DNA of 26,959 nucleotides from Verrucomicrobiota bacterium (GCA_045046875.1 JASFYY010000082.1:1-26959), one strand, 5' to 3'. Positions 1 to 9,027 are shown, counted from the stretch's first letter. Notes: generated from the sequence alone by a model not told the origin. Numbers and translations are program-made.

Positions 1-23
1 CGCCATCACCGCCTCCCTCCATT

Positions 24-1463
24 TCAGCTGTTCTGGACCAGATGCTCTCGCTCCTCGTCTTTCACCCGCGCTCTCTGCTGTTTCAAATCACGCTCCATCA
101 ACACCTCGTAGATAGGTCGGTCACCCATCCCTTCGGCTACCATGTATGCTGTCAAGCAGGCACCCAAAAGCGGCAACATCAAAGAGTAACTATTGGTCAT
201 CTCCAGGATCAGAATAATAGCGGTCAGTGGAGCTCTCACCACTGCTGTGAAAAACGCCGCCATCGCCACCACCGCAAACACCTGCGGCTGTTCAATCGCC
301 ACCGGATAATATTTTTGTGCCAACAACCCCACCGCCAAACCCAACAAAGCCCCCAATACCAACACCGGGGCAAAAATCCCGCCGGGAGCTCCGCAACCAT
401 AACTGACCATCGTCATAAAAAAACGAATCACAAAAAAGACCACTATAGCCCCGATTGCCAAGTCCCCGGCCAAAGCTTGCTCGGTCACCCCATGACCACT
501 ACCCAACAAAGTCGGAAAAAACCAACCCACACTTCCCACCAGCAAACCGACGATCAAACCCACTGCCCAGGCCGGCCAGCTCTTCGTATGATCGAACAAC
601 CGCAAACTGCCCAGCAAACCACGGTTGAAGGCCACTCCCAACACCCCTGCCACCGATCCCACCACTAGAAACACTGGGAAGACCAACAGACTCGGAATAT
701 CCAACAGCTCAACTCGCAATACCGGATCCTGACCTAACATGAATCTTGACACCGTGTCTGCCGCCACTGTCGCCAGCAGTCCGGCAAAAAACACCACCGG
801 GGTGAACGCACGGCTGATCTCTTCCAACACAAAAATCAATCCCGCCAGCGGCGCGTTAAACGCTGCCGACAAACCCGCCCCGGCTCCCGCCGCGATCAAA
901 ATATAACGCTCGGCCTGGGTCATGCCCAGCATCCGCCCCACCATCTTTCCCGAAGCTCCTCCCATCTGCACCATCGGCCCCTCACGCCCCAGCGCCAACC
1001 CGCTGCCCATCGCCAGCAGCCCGCCAAAAAACTTCACCAACAGAATCGACCACCAGTTCATCCTCCGCAGATGCAATAATACCCCTTTCAACTGAGGAAT
1101 CCCACTGCCCGCAGAAGCCGGCGACCAGGTCCGCACCATCCAAACACTGATGGCTGCCCCTAAACTGACCATCAACACGGGGATCCACATCGTGCCTACT
1201 CCACCACCCGCCTGCTGCTCAAGAAAGCCTGAGCGCCATTCTCCCAGTAGATGCAAAGAATATCGAAATGCCGACGCGATCAATCCCGCCACCACTCCCA
1301 CCAACAGCGCTCTAGGCAACAAACGTTTGCGTAGATTGCGCGCATTACGCTCATCGGCGATCTCCTCCTGGATCTCGCGTTGAGTGATCTTGATCAACGG
1401 CTGCTCTTGAAAAGTCGTCCGCTCCGCATCTTGCGAAATAACATTTTTATTTTCCTCGTTCAT
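24..1463 (-). CDS. clcA: ClC-family H+/Cl- exchange transporter
   Basis: 479 aa multi-TM protein with ClC signatures GSGIP, GREGP (gating Glu), GLSAAFNAPLAG, FVLEE (proton Glu) and GGIFAP; no CBS tail. Confidence 0.93.
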   Translation of the reverse strand: MNEENKNVISQDAERTTFQEQPLIKITQREIQEEIADERNARNLRKRLLPRALLVGVVAGLIASAFRYSLHLLGEWRSGFLEQQAGGGVGTMWIPVLMVSLGAAISVWMVRTWSPASAGSGIPQLKGVLLHLRRMNWWSILLVKFFGGLLAMGSGLALGREGPMVQMGGASGKMVGRMLGMTQAERYILIAAGAGAGLSAAFNAPLAGLIFVLEEISRAFTPVVFFAGLLATVAADTVSRFMLGQDPVLRVELLDIPSLLVFPVFLVVGSVAGVLGVAFNRGLLGSLRLFDHTKSWPAWAVGLIVGLLVGSVGWFFPTLLGSGHGVTEQALAGDLAIGAIVVFFVIRFFMTMVSYGCGAPGGIFAPVLVLGALLGLAVGLLAQKYYPVAIEQPQVFAVVAMAAFFTAVVRAPLTAIILILEMTNSYSLMLPLLGACLTAYMVAEGMGDRPIYEVLMERDLKQQRARVKDEEREHLVQNS

Positions 1464-1616
1464 TCAACACCCCGCCCAACCCGCACCGTCCAGCGAAAGG
1501 CTGAAGACAAATAAGGCACAGGTGAAAAAGCGCCGCACCATCGGGCAAGCTTCGTTTTGCGCAAGGTTTTTCCCTGACGGGCTTCGCAAAACCTTCAACT
1601 GCTTGTCCATCAAACC

Positions 1617-2171
1617 CTAAGGAGCCTTGCGCTGATCCATTTTATTCGCCGGATGTTGCTCTGTTTTACCATGCACCCGCACCGCCACCCACTCCGCCAG
1701 ACGCTGCCCCAACATACGGCAATTCGCCTGCGCTTCCGGTTCACGAGGCTCGCGCACCGCTACCGCTCCGTAGTGCGCCGTCATCATCTCCTCCGCGTAG
1801 TCGGTCACTCCGAAAACCAAAAAGCCGAAATTCATCAACACCGTCAAGATCGACTGGCAAGCCAACTCCATACCTCCTCCCCAGCCACCCGCTGTCGAAA
1901 AAGCACAGCCAATCTTGCCATCCACCTTCATCCACTGATCCGCCATCGTTTCATCCCAGAATCGTTTCATTTTCCACGACAAAATCCCCATATTAGTCGG
2001 ACTGCCCACCGCCAGGCCGTCACACCAGAGCACATCCTCCGCGTTCGCTTCATCTACCGATTTTATCCGCACCTCCGTATCCTCGATATGGCGCGCGCCC
2101 TCAGCCACCAGTTCAGCCATTTTTTTAGTATTGCCAGAGGCCGAATCAAAGAGCACCAGTATTTTATTCAT
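1617..2171 (-). CDS. WrbA-like flavodoxin / NAD(P)H:quinone oxidoreductase
   Basis: FMN P-loop SASGNTKKMA, GSPTNMG and GKIGCAFSTAGGWGGGME. ATG at 2171 (MNKILVLF) is preferred over the ORF-track start at 2198. Confidence 0.85.
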   Translation of the reverse strand: MNKILVLFDSASGNTKKMAELVAEGARHIEDTEVRIKSVDEANAEDVLWCDGLAVGSPTNMGILSWKMKRFWDETMADQWMKVDGKIGCAFSTAGGWGGGMELACQSILTVLMNFGFLVFGVTDYAEEMMTAHYGAVAVREPREPEAQANCRMLGQRLAEWVAVRVHGKTEQHPANKMDQRKAP

Positions 2172-2236
2172 ACCTTCGGATAAATGTACCGCCCTCAAAG
2201 GTCAAGCTCCATTCCTCCTCAGCCATCTCCATAACC

Positions 2237-4414
2237 ATGCCCAAATCCCCCATCACTCCTTTTTTAATTTTCGGCTTACTTTTCATCGCCACCCACCTCT
2301 GCGCCGCCGCACCCGCGGACCCTTACGAAAATTATCTCAAAAACAGCAAAGACTTCCATCGAGTCAAACAAGATAAAAACTGGATCCTCAAAGCCTGGCC
2401 CTCGTGGCTCTATATGCCGTGGTATTACCAATGGGGCATCGGACACAAGCAGGCAGGTGCGGACTTCAGTAAAAAGCACGGTTATAACGGCGCTTTTCTT
2501 GACCACGGCGACACTCAAAACCTCGCTTGGATCGAAAAGAACCAACTGCGTTTTTACATGGATCACACCGCCGGCAAAGGAAGCCTGTATCTTTATAATA
2601 AAAAACCACAGGATAAAACACGACTGAAAAACGAATTGCCTGGCAACGGTGTGCGCCCCGTCGCCCTGAATGCCTCCACCACACAGGACCTCAAAAAACA
2701 AATATTTCACAATATCGAGCAAGTCCGCCACTCCCCACAACGCGCCGCTTATGCCCTCGATGATGAAATATCCAGCGGCTCCTTCGTCCGCCCCTGCACC
2801 TGGCGACTGATCGAGGACTTCGCCCCCTACCTCTCCTGGCTTGATGGAATTTACGGGAAGGGCAATAAACCCGACTACAAAAGACCTTGGATCACCTACG
2901 ACGACCTGCGCAAAAAACTCCCGAACTGGACGCTCGCCGAATTCGACTGCGGACAACTAATGGATCAGTGGACTTTCAACGACGCTTATTGGGCCAACTA
3001 CCTCGGGGATTTGGTCGCCTACTCTAATTCCATCGATCCCGCTACGCCCTGCGGTTTTGTCGGCGGCCAGTCACCCAGTGCCATGGGCGGCTACGACTAC
3101 GCCCGCCTGATGCGCAAAATTCAATTTATCGAAGCTTACAACATCGGCAGTTCACAAGCCGTGATCCGCTCCTTCAATCCACACAACGCCCTACCCACAG
3201 TCACCACGCATTTCCATCGCTCCGTCAATGACACCATCTGGCAAGCCTGGTATTACCTCGCCCAAGGAAACCGTGGTCACATTGGTTGGGTGCAGGATTG
3301 GTTCGATGGCAAAAAACCCAAAAGTTGGCATCAAGCCGTCGCCCCTCACTATCTCGAAATTGCAGAAAAAATCAGCCCCCTGCTTGCCGATGCCGAATGG
3401 CTACATGACGGCGTCGCCATCTATTACAGTCACCCTTCCATCCAAATGAGCTGGATCCTTGACGCCGAAGCCCACGGCAGCACCTGGCCCAACCGCAATA
3501 GTGATCACCGCCTCGGAACTTCACACCTGGTTCGCAAAGCCTGGGAGAATATGTTACGTGACAGTGGCTATCAATTCTCTCATTTGAGCTATATCGATCT
3601 GGTTCAAAATGAACAAGCTCTGGATAAGTTTAAAGTTCTCATCCTGCCTGCGACTTACTGCCTCTCTGAGGCCGAAGCCAGACGCATCCGGGCATTTGTC
3701 CTCCGCGGCGGCACCGTGATCGCCGATTTTCTACCCGGCGTTTTTGACCAACACGGCCGGGGAAGAAACACCGGAGGCGTTCTGGATGATGTTTTTGCCA
3801 TCCAGCATCAAAGCAGTTGGAAAGCTACAGATATATTCAGTGTTCATCTGTGGGTGGAGGCCGATCAAGAGGCGAACTTCTACTTTAAATCATACGAAGA
3901 CTTGCTAGACAAAAACAACAACCCTCTTCGTCATCCTGCCGGATTCGCCCGGGCGGCGCGTAACCTCGAGAGTGATAGCAGCCATTCTTATGGCGAGGGC
4001 AAAGCCGTATTGATGAATCTCTCACCGCAGTGGTACCACGCTCTCCGAGGACAAGGAGCCAAAGCCGCTGCCTCTCGATCCGTATTCATGAAACATCTGG
4101 GCGAAGCCGGGATCCAATCCCCGGTTCGGCTCAGTAATAATTTGGAAGAGGTCTTCGGCTATGAAATCACCTACTGGAAAAAAGACAACCGCACCCTGCT
4201 CTTCCTCATCATGAATCCGGAAGTCACGGGCACTTCTACTGGTGGCGGAAATTCACAGGGATTAAAAACAAAAAAAATCACTGTCACCTTGGAATTCCAA
4301 AAACCTGTTGATCAAGTGCGCAACGAGCTCAATGGGAAAATTCTTGGGGACGGCAAAAAATTCACCATTGACTGGATAACAAACAAAGCCGTCGTTTTGT
4401 CATTCAACGAGTAA
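2237..4414 (+). CDS. Secreted glycoside-hydrolase-like protein with beta-galactosidase (GH42-type) trimerisation domain
   Basis: N-terminal signal peptide (PFLIFGLLFIATHLCA-A). Central region has candidate catalytic acids (ALDDEIS, QFIEAY). C-terminal FKVLILPATYCLSEAEARRIRAFVLRGGTVIADFLPGVFDQHG is typical of GH42 trimerisation domains. Confidence 0.65.
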   Translation: MPKSPITPFLIFGLLFIATHLCAAAPADPYENYLKNSKDFHRVKQDKNWILKAWPSWLYMPWYYQWGIGHKQAGADFSKKHGYNGAFLDHGDTQNLAWIEKNQLRFYMDHTAGKGSLYLYNKKPQDKTRLKNELPGNGVRPVALNASTTQDLKKQIFHNIEQVRHSPQRAAYALDDEISSGSFVRPCTWRLIEDFAPYLSWLDGIYGKGNKPDYKRPWITYDDLRKKLPNWTLAEFDCGQLMDQWTFNDAYWANYLGDLVAYSNSIDPATPCGFVGGQSPSAMGGYDYARLMRKIQFIEAYNIGSSQAVIRSFNPHNALPTVTTHFHRSVNDTIWQAWYYLAQGNRGHIGWVQDWFDGKKPKSWHQAVAPHYLEIAEKISPLLADAEWLHDGVAIYYSHPSIQMSWILDAEAHGSTWPNRNSDHRLGTSHLVRKAWENMLRDSGYQFSHLSYIDLVQNEQALDKFKVLILPATYCLSEAEARRIRAFVLRGGTVIADFLPGVFDQHGRGRNTGGVLDDVFAIQHQSSWKATDIFSVHLWVEADQEANFYFKSYEDLLDKNNNPLRHPAGFARAARNLESDSSHSYGEGKAVLMNLSPQWYHALRGQGAKAAASRSVFMKHLGEAGIQSPVRLSNNLEEVFGYEITYWKKDNRTLLFLIMNPEVTGTSTGGGNSQGLKTKKITVTLEFQKPVDQVRNELNGKILGDGKKFTIDWITNKAVVLSFNE

Positions 4415-4484
4415 AAACCTTAGTCCCTTTTCCTCCCCCAAGTTCAAATCACTCATTCTCCCAGCAATCAAAATCCCATTCTCT

Positions 4485-6230
4485 ATGCCTTCCTCCAAAC
4501 CACGCTACCGAGCCTTCATCAGCTACTCGCATCGCGACGCGAAATGGGCGAAGTGGCTGCATCGCTCTTTGGAGCACTACGTGGTGCCCATTGATGCTTT
4601 TACTGAAGGCAAAAAACCGAAATCCGATGGGTCGACAAAAAATCGCCGCCTGACACCAGTATTCCGTGACCGGGATGAACTGCCAGCATCGGGTTCACTC
4701 GGCGATACCATTCATCATGCACTCGCGTCGTCAGAAAATCTGATTGTGCTCTGCTCACCGGATTCCGCCGCATCACAATACGTCAATGCCGAGATTGATA
4801 TTTTCCGCACACTGCATCCTGACAATGAAAAGAAAATCTACGCTTTGATCATTAAAGGCGAACCCCCTGCGTGTTTTCCTCCAGCCTTGCTCTCAACCGG
4901 AGCCGAGCCCATTGCCGCCGACGCCAGGGAAACCGGTGACGGCAAAACGGACTCGAAACTGAAACTGATCGCCGGCCTGCTGGGCGTGGGTTTTGATCGC
5001 TTGAAACGACGTGAAGCCAAACGCCAGCGCAACCGGTTAATGTTAATGGTTACCGTGATATCGACGGTAGCGGTGATAACATCGCTGCTATCCTTGTGGG
5101 CATTAAAATCAGAACAAGAGGCCAATGAAGCGCGGGATCTCGCAGAGCAACGTCAGTTGGAAGCGGAAAAAGCCCGACGCAAAGCTCAAGATCTGGCTAC
5201 TTTTATAGGTCGGAAAATGCTTGAGACCATGGACAGACGAGGCAATTCCAGAACCTTGTTCGAGGTGGTGGAACGAATGGACGCTTATTACAAAGATATC
5301 CCCGTAGCGAATTTGAGCCAGGAAGAAAAGTCCTATTATATGGTAGCCATGATTCAAGGAGGGGAGCAAGCTCTGGCAGAACTTAATCTTGACGCGGCGG
5401 ATGACTATTCCAATCGAGCCCTTGCATTGAGCAAACAAATGGATTTGAAGGATTCCGATCCATTTTTCAGCTCGGCGGCCTTATTACGTGTTTCTTTTTT
5501 AATTAAAAAAAATACTCCGGACAAAGCCGGAGACATTATAGCCCTACTGGATGAGGCCATAACAAAATCAACCCCGGAGGATCAATTTAACTTATTGATT
5601 CAGAAAGGCAGTTTCCTGAAAAATGAAGGTGATTTTGAAGAGGCTCTTTCCTCTTATATCCAAGCGGATAAGTTGGCCAAACACATTCTAACCGAAGAGG
5701 GCATGGGAGTTAAAAGTATCATGCTGATTCGAGGGCTCTTGCATAACAACTATTTTGAAACCGGCCTTGTCTATGGAAAATTAGGCCGCAAAGAAAAGGC
5801 AAACACCTGTTACCTACGCGCCATCAATGGAGCAAAAGAACAACTGCGACGCAGACCTGGCAATACCGACGCCATGCACATTATTTTCATGGCATCGGGG
5901 GCCTTGGGGCATTCATTCTTGGCTGACGGTAAAAATGGTGAAGCCATGATAGTTTTCCACAAACGTGAAGAGATTACAAAAAAAATACTCGACCTGAAGC
6001 CTGACAACCCTATTTATCAACAAGCTCTCATCAGCGCCAGAATTCTCGAAGCCAGACACAGCCCAAAATTGAGCATTAAGGAAAAAACCCAACTTTACGA
6101 AAAAGCCTTGGAAGATTTCAAAGCTATTCCAAAAGCTGATGACGTCCTGTATGGCGTGGACAAAGAAACCCAGGTAGAAATCCGTGAAAAGTGGATGCAA
6201 GAGCTGGGGGAATTGAAAGCCCTACAGTAG
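4485..6230 (+). CDS. TIR domain - transmembrane helix - TPR protein (paralog 1)
   Basis: TIR motifs YRAFISYSHRD, FRDRDEL, LIVLCSP and YVNAE (candidate catalytic Glu103). Basic stretch KRREAKRQRNR precedes a hydrophobic helix (~5037-5105). Degenerate TPR-like helices follow (GDFEEALSSYIQA, YGKLGRKEKANTCYLRA). Confidence 0.88.
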   Translation: MPSSKPRYRAFISYSHRDAKWAKWLHRSLEHYVVPIDAFTEGKKPKSDGSTKNRRLTPVFRDRDELPASGSLGDTIHHALASSENLIVLCSPDSAASQYVNAEIDIFRTLHPDNEKKIYALIIKGEPPACFPPALLSTGAEPIAADARETGDGKTDSKLKLIAGLLGVGFDRLKRREAKRQRNRLMLMVTVISTVAVITSLLSLWALKSEQEANEARDLAEQRQLEAEKARRKAQDLATFIGRKMLETMDRRGNSRTLFEVVERMDAYYKDIPVANLSQEEKSYYMVAMIQGGEQALAELNLDAADDYSNRALALSKQMDLKDSDPFFSSAALLRVSFLIKKNTPDKAGDIIALLDEAITKSTPEDQFNLLIQKGSFLKNEGDFEEALSSYIQADKLAKHILTEEGMGVKSIMLIRGLLHNNYFETGLVYGKLGRKEKANTCYLRAINGAKEQLRRRPGNTDAMHIIFMASGALGHSFLADGKNGEAMIVFHKREEITKKILDLKPDNPIYQQALISARILEARHSPKLSIKEKTQLYEKALEDFKAIPKADDVLYGVDKETQVEIREKWMQELGELKALQ

Positions 6231-6266
6231 AAAGCCTAAGGTGGGACGCAGAAAATCCCGAAGAAC

Positions 6267-6295
6267 TTGAAAAAAAGAATTTTTAGTAGCATTAT
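6267..6295 (+). promoter_or_regulatory. Possible sigma70-type promoter upstream of the cyclase gene
   Basis: TTGAAA-17 nt-CATTAT in an AT-rich intergenic spacer, ending 12 nt before the ATG at 6308. Confidence 0.3.
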
Positions 6296-6307
6296 CTGGA
6301 GCAGTCC

Positions 6308-8254
6308 ATGACAAAAATGAAAACCAAAGTCGACGATTTGCTGAGAACGATCCAGTCTCCCTCGACCAGCATACACGAGCTGCGGGACATTTGGGAATCC
6401 CGCTCTCTTGCCATCTGGCTGAACCACCCGGAACTCCACGCCGCCCTCACCCTTCGTTTACAACATCGCAGTCACCCCTTCTGGGTCTTTGAAATCACTG
6501 ACGAAGGCAAACAATGTGAGGCCTGCAACGATGAAATTTTCACTCAACTAACACGAACTGCAGCCCTCAGCCTGGCCCGCACCGGCGCCACCCGCAGCGC
6601 CATGGAAATGCTGAACAAGCTATTGGAAAAAGGTTCCCCGCAAGCGGAAACATTCTGCCTGCTCGGTCGTTTACAGAAAGATGTAGCTTACACCGCCAAA
6701 GCCGGGGAGAAACGTAAGCAACACCTGCAATCCGCTTTTTCCTATTATTCGCGTGCGGTAGAACTTGAGCCCTATAACTATTACCCACTGATCAATACCG
6801 CAACCGTCGCCCTTCTACTCGGCAACAAAAACGAAGCCTCTATCGTAGCTGAGCAGGTAATTGCACTCTGCCAAAAACAAATCGAGGAAAACGACGACTA
6901 CTGGCTATTGGCCACGCTGGCGGAAGCGCAGCTACTGCTGGGAAATACCGACAAAGCCGGCGCGCACTACCGCGCAGCAGCCGAAAAAGTTGGCCATGAA
7001 TACTCCAGCCTGCAATCCATGCGTAGCCAGGCCCGGCAAATCCTTAATGCGCAGGATCAGGATCCCTCTTTGCTCGATTCCACCTTCCTAATGCCTCGGG
7101 TTGTCGTATTTTCCGGACACCGCATTGATGCAGCCGAGCGCAGCAAACCACGTTTCCCGCCATCCGCGATTGCCGCCGTATCGAGGAATATTTCAACCGC
7201 TGTCGCCAACTGGACCCCCATGATCGCCTACGCTTCCGCCGCCCCGGGAGGAGACCTGATTTTTTGTGAAGCTGTTTTAAAAAACGGCAACGAGCTGCGC
7301 CTAGTGCTGCCCTTTGATTTGAAAAATTTTCGAGGCTACATTTTGCAAAGCGCTGACGCCGATTGGTTGCAACGTTTTGACTGGGTAGCCGCCAGAGCAA
7401 CCAGCATCGTAACCGCCTCTTCTGGAAAACACCATGAGCAGATCCAGGGATCTGCCATCTACGACTTTGTCAATCGTCTCATCCTTGGCCTGGCTCGCTT
7501 CGAATCCCGTTTTTTGGAAACCTCTTTACAGACCATCGCCTTGTGGGATCAAGTCGGCCTAACCGTCACCGGAGGAACTGCCGACTGCATCGCGCTGTGG
7601 CAGAGTGTTGGCCTAACGGTCGATACCATCATCGATCCTTCCGGAGCCCCCCTCCTGCCAGTCCACCAAAGCCCGGATTTGATTAAACTTGATCGATCGA
7701 GTTTACAAAACAAAAACGAGCAACAAATCAAAGCCATCCTTTTTGCTGACATCGTTGGATACAGCAAATTAGAGGATTACGACCTGCCTCGTTATTACGA
7801 CAGCTTCCTGAAACCTATTGCAGAAAGCATCGCCCGCTTTGATTTCGCCCCCTTGACCTCCAACTGCTGGGGAGACGCCTTCTATTTTGTCTTCGACAGT
7901 GTTCGGGAAGCCGGGCTTTTTGCCTTGGAGTTCCACCGGGCCATCGAACAACAAGAGTGGCTGCCACAAAGCACGGGGAAAAAACTCCACTTCCGGATCG
8001 CCTTGAATGCCGGACCGGTTTTCGAGCTCCGCGACCCCGTCACCGGCACCCTCAACTTCACCGGACAACACACCAACCGAGCCGCCCGAATCGAACCCAT
8101 GGTCCAGGAAGGGCAAATCTACGTCAGCGAATATTTTGCCGCCCTCGCCTCCGTCGAGCAAATCGACGAGTTCGCCCTCGACTACGTCGGCTACCGCCCT
8201 CTGCCAAAAAAATACGGTAGCAGCCGCGTCTTCATCCTACGCGCCCCCCAATAA
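6308..8254 (+). CDS. TPR (TPR-S/DUF4071-like) + SLOG-like domain + class III nucleotide cyclase
   Basis: TPR region: ETFCLLGRLQKD, YYPLINTATVALLLG, DDYWLLATLAEAQLLLG, LQSMRSQA. SLOG/YspA-like Rossmannoid region ~7097-7630: VVVFSGHRID, YASAAPGGDLIF, LVLPF, ALWD..GGTA. Cyclase ~7727-8250: LFADIVGYS, WGDAF, RIALNAGPV, GQHTNRAARIE, GQIYVSE. Confidence 0.88.
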   Translation: MTKMKTKVDDLLRTIQSPSTSIHELRDIWESRSLAIWLNHPELHAALTLRLQHRSHPFWVFEITDEGKQCEACNDEIFTQLTRTAALSLARTGATRSAMEMLNKLLEKGSPQAETFCLLGRLQKDVAYTAKAGEKRKQHLQSAFSYYSRAVELEPYNYYPLINTATVALLLGNKNEASIVAEQVIALCQKQIEENDDYWLLATLAEAQLLLGNTDKAGAHYRAAAEKVGHEYSSLQSMRSQARQILNAQDQDPSLLDSTFLMPRVVVFSGHRIDAAERSKPRFPPSAIAAVSRNISTAVANWTPMIAYASAAPGGDLIFCEAVLKNGNELRLVLPFDLKNFRGYILQSADADWLQRFDWVAARATSIVTASSGKHHEQIQGSAIYDFVNRLILGLARFESRFLETSLQTIALWDQVGLTVTGGTADCIALWQSVGLTVDTIIDPSGAPLLPVHQSPDLIKLDRSSLQNKNEQQIKAILFADIVGYSKLEDYDLPRYYDSFLKPIAESIARFDFAPLTSNCWGDAFYFVFDSVREAGLFALEFHRAIEQQEWLPQSTGKKLHFRIALNAGPVFELRDPVTGTLNFTGQHTNRAARIEPMVQEGQIYVSEYFAALASVEQIDEFALDYVGYRPLPKKYGSSRVFILRAPQ

Positions 8255-8306
8255 CCGCAGCGCCACTCCCACCTCAATCCCAGCGCTTCACAAGAATAAA
8301 AATGCA

Positions 8307-8408
8307 ATAGGTCTGACCCTTTTTATAGGTCTGACCCTTTTTATACTCTCAGGACCCTACTTTCCTGCCACAAGCATTAAACTACATGAGGCCTGACCCT
8401 TCTTTATA
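8307..8408. repeat. Tandem 18-bp direct repeat with palindromic GGTCTGACC core plus a degenerate third copy
   Basis: ATAGGTCTGACCCTTTTT at 8307-8324 and 8325-8342 (exact tandem); AGGCCTGACCCTTCTTTATA at 8389-8408. Confidence 0.85.
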
Positions 8409-8442
8409 TTTAGACTGACTTTTCCAGCTCTAATTTTTTCAT

Positions 8443-8472
8443 TTGCGCCCCCCTCCCCCCCACTGCTAGTCT
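8443..8472 (+). promoter_or_regulatory. Putative extended -10 promoter giving a leaderless or near-leaderless GAF transcript
   Basis: TTGCGC-18 nt-TAGTCT with TG at the extended -10 position (TGcTAGTCT). ATG follows 6 nt later with no Shine-Dalgarno. Confidence 0.4.
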
Positions 8473-8478
8473 TTTGTT

Positions 8479-9027
8479 ATGGATCCGAACGAGGCTCTCT
8501 ACCATAAAATCACTAAATTTGCGCAAAATGCTGACCTCTATGGTTTTATGCAGTGGCTGCCAAGTTCCACCCCCGCCCTGCTCAAACAAACGATCCACCA
8601 TATGGGCGGGCATGAAGGCAGTATCTGGATCGTGGATGCCCCCAAACAGCAACTGGTGACTTGTTACAACACCTTGGAATTACAACGGCATGTCTGTCAG
8701 GATCTCAGCTCCGGCCTGGTTTCCAAAGCTTTCAACGAAGAACGCGCAGTTCATCACCAAGGGGTGCACCGTTTCAAGGACAGCTCGGGCAGTGTTGATG
8801 AGACACTTGAGCAAAAAACCCAACACCAGATCAGTGTTCCTTTTTACATCTGCGGCCAATTATGTGGCGCTCTGAGTGTCGTGCAGCTTTCCAGTGATTT
8901 CCACAGCGCCCCGCGCGAAGATGTTCCCTGGGGGTTCAAAGACGACGCCATTCCCCTTTTGGCCGCCGCCGCCACAGTCATCGCCGAGGGCATCGAGGCC
9001 AAGTGGCAATCAGGCTCTGATAAATGA
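8479..9027 (+). CDS. Stand-alone GAF domain protein
   Basis: 182 aa with GAF pattern GSIWIVD..QQLV, GLVSKAF, ISVPFYICGQLCGALSVVQ and terminal F.DDAIPLLAAAATVIA helix; no output domain. Confidence 0.78.
   Translation: MDPNEALYHKITKFAQNADLYGFMQWLPSSTPALLKQTIHHMGGHEGSIWIVDAPKQQLVTCYNTLELQRHVCQDLSSGLVSKAFNEERAVHHQGVHRFKDSSGSVDETLEQKTQHQISVPFYICGQLCGALSVVQLSSDFHSAPREDVPWGFKDDAIPLLAAAATVIAEGIEAKWQSGSDK

Noticed and set aside
8307..8408. Mini CRISPR array
   Set aside because: The repeats are only 18 bp and directly adjacent with no spacer; there are no cas genes in the window.
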